The position numbers and the translations under genes are program-made. A stretch of 43,596 nucleotides of DNA, taken from Cytophagales bacterium. GTDB lineage: Bacteria; Bacteroidota; Bacteroidia; Cytophagales; Cyclobacteriaceae. The DNA lies in the NCBI GenBank assembly GCA_020063545.1, contig JAGUUF010000120.1, positions 1-43,596 on the forward strand, read 5' to 3'. The notes under the pieces were generated by a model. That model saw only the letters and a program-made list of their open reading frames with translations, did no database searches and was not told the DNA's origin. Shown here piece by piece: positions 33,088 to 42,036 of the stretch (position 1 is the first letter of the stretch; every line of letters starts with the position of its first letter).

Positions 33088-33144
33088 TTCCGTCTATAAA
33101 CTGACGGAATTTATACAATTTCCGTCAATAAACGAACGGAATTT
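33088..33144. repeat. two 25-bp direct repeats (22/25 identical, 32-bp period), each containing the inverted repeat TTCCGTC-N-GACGGAA
   Basis: ttccgtcTataaacTGacggaattt (33088..33112) and ttccgtcAataaacGAacggaattt (33120..33144). The first copy extends to a perfect 10-bp inverted repeat, aaattccgtc-N8-gacggaattt (33085..33112). Lies in the divergent region just upstream of the AAA/DUF4143 gene. Confidence 0.85.
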
Positions 33145-33158
33145 TATATCTTTACCGC

Positions 33159-34307
33159 ATGAAAGAGATACCCCGCGCCCTGTTTTCCTCCCTGGTAAAG
33201 GATCTTACCCCTCAGCGGGTCGTATTGCTCCTTGGCGCCCGAAGAACGGGTAAAACATTCTTGGTAAAGCAAATCATCAATGCCCTCGGAAACCACAAAA
33301 GCCTTCTGCTGAATGGAGAAGATATTGTGGTACAAGAGCAACTTGCGCGGAGAAGCGCATCTCATTACCGGTCACTTACAGCCGGGGTAAACCTCCTGGT
33401 AATTGACGAAGCACAGAAGGTTCCTGAAATCGGAATGGTACTTAAATTAATGGTGGACGAAATAAAAGATCTTAAAATTCTGGTTACCGGATCTTCCATG
33501 TTTGATTTGAAAAACAAACTTGGTGAACCGCTGACCGGCAGAAAAAAAGAGTTCATACTATACCCGCTCTCGCAACTGGAATATGCGCAGGTTGAGGACA
33601 CGATAACGCGATATGGGAACGTTGAAGAACGGCTTACCTATGGCTGCTACCCTGAACTTTTACAATTAAAAACAGCAAAGCAAAAGCGCGATTACCTGCG
33701 TGATCTGGTAAGCTCCTATCTTTATAAAGATATTCTTGCACTTGAAAACCTGAGGAGTTCCGAAAAACTTGCTGATTTACTCAAACTGATTGCGTGGCAG
33801 GTGGGACACGAAGTGTCGCTGGAAGAACTTGGCCGTAAGTTGCAAATGAGTAAAAATACAGTTGAGCGATACCTGGATCTGCTTGCCAAAGTATTTGTGC
33901 TGTTTAAGGTGCAGGGATTCAGCAGGAACCTCCGGAAAGAAATCGTAAAAACAAAACGATGGTATTTTTACGACAACGGGGTACGCAATGCCATTATCTC
34001 TAATTTTCAGCCGCTAAATCTTCGCAATGATCATGGAGCCCTGTGGGAAAATTTCCTTGCCGGAGAGCGACTGAAAGTACAGCAGTACAAAAAAATTCAC
34101 GCCAACAACTACTTCTGGCGCACCCATGATCGGCAGGAAATTGACTGGGTAGAAGAGCGCGATGGAAATCTTTTCGGCTTTGAGTTTAAATTTTCTGAGT
34201 CCTCCAAAAAAATAATACCTCCATCAGGATGGAGAGATGGCTATCCTCAAGCCAGGTTCAAAGTTATTCACAGGAATAATATGGATGAGTTTGTATTAAA
34301 AAAATAG
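33159..34307 (+). CDS. AAA-family ATPase with C-terminal DUF4143-like domain
   Basis: 382 aa. Walker A GARRTGKT, Walker B LLVIDEAQ, and a C-terminal region as in AAA_14/DUF4143 'ATP-binding protein' genes common in Bacteroidota. Confidence 0.8.
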   Translation: MKEIPRALFSSLVKDLTPQRVVLLLGARRTGKTFLVKQIINALGNHKSLLLNGEDIVVQEQLARRSASHYRSLTAGVNLLVIDEAQKVPEIGMVLKLMVDEIKDLKILVTGSSMFDLKNKLGEPLTGRKKEFILYPLSQLEYAQVEDTITRYGNVEERLTYGCYPELLQLKTAKQKRDYLRDLVSSYLYKDILALENLRSSEKLADLLKLIAWQVGHEVSLEELGRKLQMSKNTVERYLDLLAKVFVLFKVQGFSRNLRKEIVKTKRWYFYDNGVRNAIISNFQPLNLRNDHGALWENFLAGERLKVQQYKKIHANNYFWRTHDRQEIDWVEERDGNLFGFEFKFSESSKKIIPPSGWRDGYPQARFKVIHRNNMDEFVLKK

Positions 34308-34378
34308 CGCCTCAAATTTTTTTCAACACCTCCATAAAAAAAACTACTGCAAATACACCCTTCTTTCCCTCATCCCGG

Positions 34379-34771
34379 TTATTTCGACAAATACTTCTGC
34401 GTTAAATCGCGCAGGGCTTTTTTTTCATGGTCTTCCATGGTTTCGCGCACATGGAGCATCATGTCGAACATCACGGTTTGTTCGTACCCCAGGCGCGAGG
34501 CCACCTGCGAACAATACCGGATCTCTTCCTGGTACAACCGCTCATCAATTTTCATTAACTGCACCAGGCTTAGCAGGTAGCTAAACTTCAGTTCATCTGT
34601 AAGGTTGCTGAGGTCAATGTTTTCATGACTCTTTTCCAGTAACTGCACCACATCCGGCAGCGGCACCCCGTTGGCCAAACCGATATTGGTGATGTACTTT
34701 TTTTCACGCTCGGCAACCTCGCCATCAATGCGGGCCAGGTTTACCAGCAGTTTGAGTTGCGGTAACGCCAT
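34379..34771 (-). CDS. TerB-like (tellurite-resistance TerB family) protein
   Basis: 130-aa all-helical protein. LARIDGEVAEREKKYI ... LMKIDERLYQEEIRY resembles the duplicated TerB/DjlA-N motif. Confidence 0.55.
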   Translation of the reverse strand: MALPQLKLLVNLARIDGEVAEREKKYITNIGLANGVPLPDVVQLLEKSHENIDLSNLTDELKFSYLLSLVQLMKIDERLYQEEIRYCSQVASRLGYEQTVMFDMMLHVRETMEDHEKKALRDLTQKYLSK

Positions 34772-34896
34772 GTTTAACTGGTTTTGAACTTGGAAGATGG
34801 GGAATTGTTACTCGATAATCAATAGTCTATAGTTAATAGTATAGTAAGCTTTGCCAGGGCTATGGACTATTAACTTTGGACTACTAACTTGACCGC

Positions 34897-35487
34897 ATGA
34901 ATTTCCTTGCGCACCTTTATTTATCAGGCAATAATCCTAAAATAATGGTGGGTAATTTCATAGGTGATTTTGTAAAGGGCCGTAACCTGGCCGAACAATT
35001 TGAGCCGGAAATTGCCAAAGGCATTGAATTACACCGCGCTATTGATGAGTTTACGGACAGCCACCGGCAGGTAACGCACAGTAAAAACCGCCTCCGTCCG
35101 AAGTACCGGCATTATTCCGGGGTTATTGTTGATATTTTTTATGACCACTTCCTGGCCCGTAACTGGCACGACTACCACACCGAATTGCTTCACGATTTTG
35201 CCGAAAAGGTTTACCGGTTAATTGACCTGCATGAACCCATTCTGCCACGCGAAGTAAAGTTTATGATGCCCTACATGACCAAAGGCAACTGGCTGGTAAA
35301 CTACGCCCGGTTAGAAGGTATTCATCGTGCCCTCAGTGGAATGGCCCGGAGAACACCTTATGAATCGCGTATGGATGAAGCTGTAGACGATCTCCGTTTA
35401 TCATACACCGACTTTAAAAGTGAGTTCGATCAGTTCTTTCCCGAGTTATCTGCATTTAGTAAGTCATGGCTAAATAACCATCACTAG
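34897..35487 (+). CDS. acpH: acyl carrier protein phosphodiesterase
   Basis: 196 aa. MNFLAHLYLSG...GNFIGDFVKG and the following His-rich helices are characteristic of AcpH. Confidence 0.85.
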   Translation: MNFLAHLYLSGNNPKIMVGNFIGDFVKGRNLAEQFEPEIAKGIELHRAIDEFTDSHRQVTHSKNRLRPKYRHYSGVIVDIFYDHFLARNWHDYHTELLHDFAEKVYRLIDLHEPILPREVKFMMPYMTKGNWLVNYARLEGIHRALSGMARRTPYESRMDEAVDDLRLSYTDFKSEFDQFFPELSAFSKSWLNNHH

Positions 35488-35492
35488 TTCGT

Positions 35493-38333
35493 TCACTTTA
35501 TTTCAAAAGTCACCTCGCTGGATTCACTGCCGTTTACAAATTTGATCTTGTATTTTCCCTTACCGGCATACTTCAACTCAGCATTTACAGCCGGTGAAGA
35601 CTTAGCCCCCTTGCCTTTTGCGACAGGTGCAGCAGGCGGTGACACTTTTACATCCCAGCTTACCGTATGAAAACCCGGAGAGCCGGTTGCACTGAATTTT
35701 CGTACGAGCACATTTTTTTCATCGTAAACCTCTATAGCAATTTCGGCTACCGGTTTGCCTACGTAATACAGAAAACTTACTTTCGGTTCGTTGGCATCGG
35801 CCCAGGGGTAGGGTTTCTCGCCCCAGCGCTCGTTAAACCGGATGCTTTCCGCACCGGCAAACGCCACAATAGCCTTATTGATGCCTCCGTTTTTCAACGC
35901 CTGTAGGGGTTTAACATTTGCCACAAATACGCTGCGGCCATGCGTGCCCACCACCAACTCGTTGTCGCGGGGATGCACCATCATATCATACGAGGCCACA
36001 TTGAGCATGCCGTTAAAGAAATGCCAGGTTATTCCTTTATCAAGGGTAACGTATGTTCCGTTATCAAGTCCGCAGTAAAGCAAGTCGGCATTTACCGGGT
36101 CCTGAATAATTACATTGGCCACCGACTCAGGCAGGTTTCCCTTTACGCTCTTCCAGGTTTTGCCATAATCCGTACTCATAAACAGGTAGGTAGTAAAATC
36201 ATCATCGCGGTAGCCGTTCAGCGAAACAAACACGGTTGACTCCTGGTGTGGCGATGGCGATACGCTGCTAACCCACTTGTTGGCCGGCAGGCCGGCTGAA
36301 ATACTTTCCCAGCTTCCACCACCGTTTTTGCTCACCCACAGGTTTCCGTCATCGGTGCCGGCATACAGCAGTCCGAATTTCAATGGCGACTCGGCCAGGG
36401 TGCTGATGGTAGAGAACGGCACATCGCCCTGTGGTTTGTTTTTGGTAAGATCATCGCTGATGGCCTCCCAGTTATCGCCTTTATTTAAACTGCGAAATAC
36501 TTTTTGTGCGGCCATGTACACAATATCGGGATTATGCCTGCTTAATATCAAGGGTGTTCGCCAGTTCCATCGATAGGCGGGCTCACCGATGTCATTCCTG
36601 GGCGTAATGCGTGCCGGTTGCTTGCCTTGTTCAGCCCTGAAATAATTTCCGAATTGAAAGCCCCAGTACACCAGGCGGCTGTTGCGCGGATCGGGCGCTA
36701 CGTACATGCCATCGCCACCGCCCACGTACTCCCAATGCTTCGATACGTTCGGTTCTGATTTTGACGAGCCTTTCAGCACACCGTTATCCTGCAATCCTCC
36801 ATAAACATTGTAGGGTGTTTCCATGTCAATGTTAACGGTATAAAACTGGCCTGCCGGTATGTTGTTAATGTGTTTCCAGTAGGCGCCCTCATCGTACGTT
36901 GCATACAGGCCGCCATCATTGCCCAGCAGCATGTGCTTGCCGTTGGTTGGATTAATCCACAACGCATGGTGGTCAACGTGGATGTCCTGTTCACCCCGAA
37001 GGGTATCCAGCCGGTGCCAGGTAACTCCGCCATCGTTCGATTTGAGCATGGGCACTCCGTAGATGTAAATCTTATCGGCATTACTCGGATCAACCCGCAT
37101 CTCGGCAAAATAGTAGCCATAGGTAAAGAACACTCCGTCCAGGTCGTAGCTGTTCATTTTTTTCCAGGTTGCCCCGAAGTCATCGGAGCGATAGACCTCC
37201 GCACCAATAATTTTGGCATTAAACAAATTGGCATTGGCATCACCACCCAGGTAATCATAAATTGCTTTTGGCTGGTACTTGCCTTCGCGGATTTCCTGCT
37301 TCACTCTTTTCGCATCGTACTTTTGAGGAAACCGGCTTTCGCGAAGAAACTCATCCAGCTTTTTATCATCCAGTTTCAGGAAATCCTCTTTCGACATCGA
37401 CTTGAAATCGGCAAACTTCAGCTTTCCGTCATCCTTGGGTTTCTCGCTTTGAGGAACTTCGCCCTGGTTATCCAAAATGGCGTACACAATGTTTGGTTTT
37501 CCGATGCAAACATCAAGCCCGATTCGCCCCACCTGTTTGCCCTGCGGGAAGCCGGCAACCGATTTGGTCCAGGTTTCACCGCCATCATCGGACCGGTAAA
37601 TGGTTGAGGCCGGACCCGACTCTTTGAAGTTCCAGGCTTTGCGGTCTTTTTCCCACGCAGCTGCCAGCAACTGCCTGGGGTTTTGCGGATGGACAACCAG
37701 GTCAATTATCCCGGTACTGTCGTTTACAAACAATGTTTTCTTCCAGGTTTTTCCGCCATCGGTGGTTTTGTACACGCCCCTGTTTGGATTGCTGGTGTAC
37801 AGCGGCCCTACTGCGGCAACCCATACTGTATTATTGTCGCCAGGGTGAATTACCACCCGGCCGATGTGGTGCGTGCCGGCAAGCCCCAGGTGCTGCCAGG
37901 TTTTTCCGCCATCTGTGGTTTTATACATGCCGCTGCCGGCATAGGTTGAGCGGCTGCTGTTTTTTTCTCCCGTACCCACATAAATGATCTCCGGGTTGGA
38001 TTGTGACAGGGCAAAATCGCCAATGCCCAGTGCATCGTTATTATCAAAAACGGGTTCGAAAGTTACCCCGTTGTTGCTGGTTTTGAAAATGCCTCCCGAA
38101 CCAAAGGCCAGGTAATACTCGTTGGTATTTTTCAGGTTCACCTCAATATCCACGATGCGGCCGCCCTGAACGGTGGGGCCGATGTTGCGCACCGGATATT
38201 CCTTCAGTATCGATTGGGCTGCCAGGGCCTTGCGCTTTTGCATGGAGGCTGTCCAGTCGGCTTCGCTGGTGGGTTGCGCAGCAAGAGGGGTTGCCAGCAC
38301 GATGACGAGAAAAAGCACGGGAAAGTTCTTCAT
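35493..38333 (-). CDS. secreted BNR/Asp-box repeat protein (sortilin/VPS10-like beta-propeller)
   Basis: 946 aa. Signal peptide and multiple Asp-box repeats (TTDGGKTW x2, SDDGGETW, SDDFGATW, SNDGGVTW, STDYGKTW, SKNGGGSW). Confidence 0.82.
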   Translation of the reverse strand: MKNFPVLFLVIVLATPLAAQPTSEADWTASMQKRKALAAQSILKEYPVRNIGPTVQGGRIVDIEVNLKNTNEYYLAFGSGGIFKTSNNGVTFEPVFDNNDALGIGDFALSQSNPEIIYVGTGEKNSSRSTYAGSGMYKTTDGGKTWQHLGLAGTHHIGRVVIHPGDNNTVWVAAVGPLYTSNPNRGVYKTTDGGKTWKKTLFVNDSTGIIDLVVHPQNPRQLLAAAWEKDRKAWNFKESGPASTIYRSDDGGETWTKSVAGFPQGKQVGRIGLDVCIGKPNIVYAILDNQGEVPQSEKPKDDGKLKFADFKSMSKEDFLKLDDKKLDEFLRESRFPQKYDAKRVKQEIREGKYQPKAIYDYLGGDANANLFNAKIIGAEVYRSDDFGATWKKMNSYDLDGVFFTYGYYFAEMRVDPSNADKIYIYGVPMLKSNDGGVTWHRLDTLRGEQDIHVDHHALWINPTNGKHMLLGNDGGLYATYDEGAYWKHINNIPAGQFYTVNIDMETPYNVYGGLQDNGVLKGSSKSEPNVSKHWEYVGGGDGMYVAPDPRNSRLVYWGFQFGNYFRAEQGKQPARITPRNDIGEPAYRWNWRTPLILSRHNPDIVYMAAQKVFRSLNKGDNWEAISDDLTKNKPQGDVPFSTISTLAESPLKFGLLYAGTDDGNLWVSKNGGGSWESISAGLPANKWVSSVSPSPHQESTVFVSLNGYRDDDFTTYLFMSTDYGKTWKSVKGNLPESVANVIIQDPVNADLLYCGLDNGTYVTLDKGITWHFFNGMLNVASYDMMVHPRDNELVVGTHGRSVFVANVKPLQALKNGGINKAIVAFAGAESIRFNERWGEKPYPWADANEPKVSFLYYVGKPVAEIAIEVYDEKNVLVRKFSATGSPGFHTVSWDVKVSPPAAPVAKGKGAKSSPAVNAELKYAGKGKYKIKFVNGSESSEVTFEIK

Positions 38334-38429
38334 ATCCGGTAAGATTTAGTTGCATCGAAAATAGGGAATTTAGGGCATGCCCTTAAGCAGACACCGGAAC
38401 ATATTATTTTAGCGGTTCAATTACACGAT

Positions 38430-38798
38430 ATGCATAACGATCCGGAGTTGAGCGGAAAATATTTGGGCACCATTTCGGGCGATTTTGTAAAAGTTGCCGA
38501 TACGGTGAAAGAGGCTTCTTACCAGATTCGCACACGCGGTTTTTCCGATCATCCCATTTTCCCGGTATGCAAGGAAGAACAACCCATCGGCCAGATACTG
38601 ATTGATAAAGATCTGGCGCACACCACCTGGAACTATTATGCCTCCTTCCTGGATGAGTTTGTTCAACGCGGCCTGATTGACGAAGCCAAAGTTGATGCTT
38701 TTAAAAAAGCTTATAAAGACCCCGATGAATTCTGCTGCCTGTTTGTTGTAGATAAGGAGTTTACCAATTTTGTTTTTATTCCGTATCCGGAGGACTGA
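38430..38798 (+). CDS. hypothetical protein, coupled to the downstream sensor kinase
   Basis: 122-aa acidic soluble ORF. Its TGA overlaps the kinase ATG (TGATG). Preferred over the antisense ORF 38421..38852, whose composition is low-complexity. Confidence 0.55.
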   Translation: MHNDPELSGKYLGTISGDFVKVADTVKEASYQIRTRGFSDHPIFPVCKEEQPIGQILIDKDLAHTTWNYYASFLDEFVQRGLIDEAKVDAFKKAYKDPDEFCCLFVVDKEFTNFVFIPYPED

Positions 38799-41700
38799 TG
38801 CGTAAACGAATTGCAATTTTATTGCTTTTACTATACCGGGCAGCCACCGCACAACTGCCCGACAGGTTGCCGTTATTTGAACAGGTTACTCCTCCCGGAA
38901 CCATTCGTTCGGCAGAAATTACCGATGTTATACAAGACCAGGAAGGCCTGTTGTGGATTGCCGCCAATGGGTTATTCTCATACAACGGGCAAGCCTTCAC
39001 TCATTATGCCACACTTTCCGACTCCGTGTCTATCGGCAACCAGGAAATAACCTGCCTGTTATATGACCATCACCGGGGCCGCATACTCATCGGCACCCGA
39101 AATTTTGGAGTTCTGGCCTACAACTATAACACAAACACTATTGAGCGACTGCCAACACAGGGCGGAGTGCCCATTATCAACCAGCTTGCCATAACTCCCG
39201 ATGGCACCGTATGGATCGCTTCCTTCAACAGCGGCCTGTTTTACCTGCAAAACGATACCCTGAAACGAAGCCCGGTTTCAGGATATAAAAGCATCCGCAC
39301 CTCTTACCTCCTTCCTCACGGGAACAAGCTCTATATTGGTGATCACCGAAAGATTTTTACCATTGAAAATAACCACGTAACCGATTCACTTCCGTTGCGC
39401 TGGGGTAATGTTGATTTTACAGCACATGGAAGGGTTACCGCCCTTTATGCCGATGCCGCGAACAACCTGTATATCGGTACCGAAAAGGTGGGTATGCTGG
39501 TGTATAACCTCGATGCCCAACAGTTTACCCGGCATTTTAGTACAAGCATCCCGCCCTTCTTCAATCGCATCAACCGGATATTTACCGACCGCCATGGCGT
39601 TGTGTGGATATTGACTAAAGCCGGTGGCATTGTTTTGTATAACCCATTTACCGAAGAAATCATCCGCCTGACCAGGGATCCGCTGCAACCCTACTCATTA
39701 AGCAGCGATAACTGCAACGCCATTCTTGAAGATAAAACCGGCATCATCTGGATTGCTGCCACGGGATCGCTGAACAAATACGACCGGTTTAAAATACAAT
39801 TTCATCACCTTACCCACGAACCCAACAACACCAATTCACTTTCTGACCGGATGGTGCGGTGCGTGTTTGAAGAAGAGGACGGTACCTTGTTAATCGGAAC
39901 GGATGGCGGGTACATAAATTTTCTTAACCGTAAAACCGGAGCAATCCAACGGGTTAAAATATCGATACCCGGTTCACAAAAAAACCTTATGCCCGCCTAC
40001 ATACAGCCGCTATCGAAGGAGAAGCTTATCATCGGAACATCGGCCGGAATGGTGGTTATGGACCGAAGGACAAAAGCATTCTCCCGGTTTAACCACCCTT
40101 CCTCCGACCTTGAACGGATAATGGTACGGCAGATACTAAAAAAAGAAAACAGCCTGTACTATATAGCAGGGGGCGCTTTTCGGATTTATAACCCGGAAAC
40201 AGGCAAGGAAAGGATTTTTAAAACCTTCAACGACCTGACCGGAAACAACCCGGTGTTTGGGGCAACGGCTATTTTTATAGACTCTTATCAACGCATATGG
40301 ATTGGTGCGCAGGGTGGTGTTTCACTCTTCAACCCCGACTCAACCTTTACCTACTTTCCGGTTGAGCGGGAACCTACGCGCCCGGATGGTTCGTATTTTA
40401 TGGTTCTCGCCTTTAATGAATTTAACGGTTTTCTGTGGATCAGTTCATTCAATAACGGAGTTTGGAGGTTGCCGCTTTCAGAAAAAAATCAGCATTTACA
40501 GGTAACCGAGCGGGTTAACATACCCGAGCTTAACAACAATACCGTGTATTGCACCCTTCCCGATAAAAAGGGATTGATCTGGATGGCCACCAATCAGGGA
40601 TTATTGCAATTTAATCCGCGTACCTTAACACTCCGGACCTTTTTACCGGAAGAGGGAGTGCAGGCCCTGGAGTTTAACCGCCTGGCCTTTCTTGAAACCC
40701 GCGAAAATGAATTTGTAATGGGCGGCATTAATGGCATTAATATTTTCAAGCCCGATGAAATACGGATTCACGAAACGCTGCCAACGCCTGTCGTGCTGAG
40801 TGTTACCAACTACAAACTTGCTTCAACAAATTTTTATGTAAACCTGCGACAAAACAATTCCATCGAACTTTCGGAAGACCACAACTCCGTTTGTTTCCAC
40901 TATCTGATACCCGAATTCAGTACCCAGCATAATTATTCTGTCGAATACAGGCTTGACGGCTATGACCCCATGTGGATTCCATCGGCAACACGTGAGGCTG
41001 CGTACCCCAATCTTAAAGCAGGTAACTATACGTTTCGGGTTCGCATCCGGGATAATGAACAGGTTGTTGAAGCAAAGCCCATTCAATTCAACATACGGCC
41101 ACCCTTTTGGAAGCAGCCCTGGTTTTTAACTGCAGGTGTAATCCTTGTGGTTGGCGTTGCGTTGGCCGGGTTTCGGCTGCAGACAATTACCAGCAGGCGC
41201 AATAAAGAACGCCTTGAACAACTGTTGCAGGAACGTACGGCCGAAATTGAAAAATCCAGGGCCGAATTACAGGCCCTTAATGAACGAAAGGACCTGATAT
41301 TTTCCATCCTGTCGCACGACCTTCGTTCTCCCCTTACCACGCTTAAAGGTTTTTTATCGCTGTTAACCGATACCAGCCCTGCACTTTCCGCTGAGCAGAT
41401 CAATCAGTATGCACGCAACATACGCAACTCGGTTAGCAGTGCACTTGACCTTCTTGATAATACATTGTACTGGTCGCTCTCTCAAACCGGGAGCATTTCC
41501 AGTAATCCAACCACAATTTCCATAAACGAAATGCTCGGCAAAATTTACAATTTGTACCAGCTCACCGCCACCCGCAAACGAATCGATTTTCAATTTGAGG
41601 CTGAAGAAAACCTTACCGCCTATGCTGATGAAAACATGGTATATGTTGCCTTGCGCAATGTTGCATCGAATGCCCTTAAATTTACACCGGAAGGTAAACT

Positions 41701-41977
41701 GGTTAAACTGACGGCTTTCCGTAATCACAACCACGCAGTAGTATGCATAACCGATGAGGGTATTGGCATGAGCCCGGAGTACATAAAGCAAGTTTTAAAT
41801 CAGGAGCATGTGATCCTGAAAAAAGGAACTGCTAACGAAAAAGGAACAGGCCTTGGGCTCATCTTATGCCGGAAATTCATTGAACTAAACGAGGGCAAAC
41901 TCGAAATCATCAGCGAAGAAAACAAGGGCATCGAATTCCGTATTTACCTTCCGCTGGCTAATGAACGTACTTCCTGA
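38798..41977 (+). CDS. two-component-regulator-propeller / Y_Y_Y sensor histidine kinase
   Basis: 1059 aa. Signal peptide, long periplasmic beta-propeller repeats (GLLWIAANGLF, GTVWIASFNSGLF, GIIWIAATGSL ...), Y_Y_Y-type segment (YSVEYRLDGYDPMW), one TM helix, coiled coil, H-box SHDLRSPL, and an ATPase domain (GTGLGLILC). Confidence 0.85.
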   Translation: MRKRIAILLLLLYRAATAQLPDRLPLFEQVTPPGTIRSAEITDVIQDQEGLLWIAANGLFSYNGQAFTHYATLSDSVSIGNQEITCLLYDHHRGRILIGTRNFGVLAYNYNTNTIERLPTQGGVPIINQLAITPDGTVWIASFNSGLFYLQNDTLKRSPVSGYKSIRTSYLLPHGNKLYIGDHRKIFTIENNHVTDSLPLRWGNVDFTAHGRVTALYADAANNLYIGTEKVGMLVYNLDAQQFTRHFSTSIPPFFNRINRIFTDRHGVVWILTKAGGIVLYNPFTEEIIRLTRDPLQPYSLSSDNCNAILEDKTGIIWIAATGSLNKYDRFKIQFHHLTHEPNNTNSLSDRMVRCVFEEEDGTLLIGTDGGYINFLNRKTGAIQRVKISIPGSQKNLMPAYIQPLSKEKLIIGTSAGMVVMDRRTKAFSRFNHPSSDLERIMVRQILKKENSLYYIAGGAFRIYNPETGKERIFKTFNDLTGNNPVFGATAIFIDSYQRIWIGAQGGVSLFNPDSTFTYFPVEREPTRPDGSYFMVLAFNEFNGFLWISSFNNGVWRLPLSEKNQHLQVTERVNIPELNNNTVYCTLPDKKGLIWMATNQGLLQFNPRTLTLRTFLPEEGVQALEFNRLAFLETRENEFVMGGINGINIFKPDEIRIHETLPTPVVLSVTNYKLASTNFYVNLRQNNSIELSEDHNSVCFHYLIPEFSTQHNYSVEYRLDGYDPMWIPSATREAAYPNLKAGNYTFRVRIRDNEQVVEAKPIQFNIRPPFWKQPWFLTAGVILVVGVALAGFRLQTITSRRNKERLEQLLQERTAEIEKSRAELQALNERKDLIFSILSHDLRSPLTTLKGFLSLLTDTSPALSAEQINQYARNIRNSVSSALDLLDNTLYWSLSQTGSISSNPTTISINEMLGKIYNLYQLTATRKRIDFQFEAEENLTAYADENMVYVALRNVASNALKFTPEGKLVKLTAFRNHNHAVVCITDEGIGMSPEYIKQVLNQEHVILKKGTANEKGTGLGLILCRKFIELNEGKLEIISEENKGIEFRIYLPLANERTS

Positions 41978-42036
41978 ATAATCAGGTATCCGGGGCAGGC
42001 TGTGGTTGATTTTTGAAATGATGAACCGCACCGGAA

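Noticed and set aside
36870-37607. 245-aa plus-strand ORF, and several 80-115-aa ORFs, within the BNR-repeat gene region
   Set aside because: They are antisense or off-frame to a 946-aa ORF with repeated Asp-box motifs. No start context or family resemblance.
38421-38852. 143-aa minus-strand ORF covering the 38430..38798 ORF
   Set aside because: The plus-strand frame has stop-start coupling (TGATG) to the downstream kinase and a more protein-like composition. The minus frame would also run into the kinase start. I kept it as an uncertainty in the findings.
41978-42036. Possible terminator between the convergent sensor kinase and thiL genes
   Set aside because: There is only a 7-bp pairing (gttgatt/aatcaac) with a roughly 30-nt loop and no flanking U tract.
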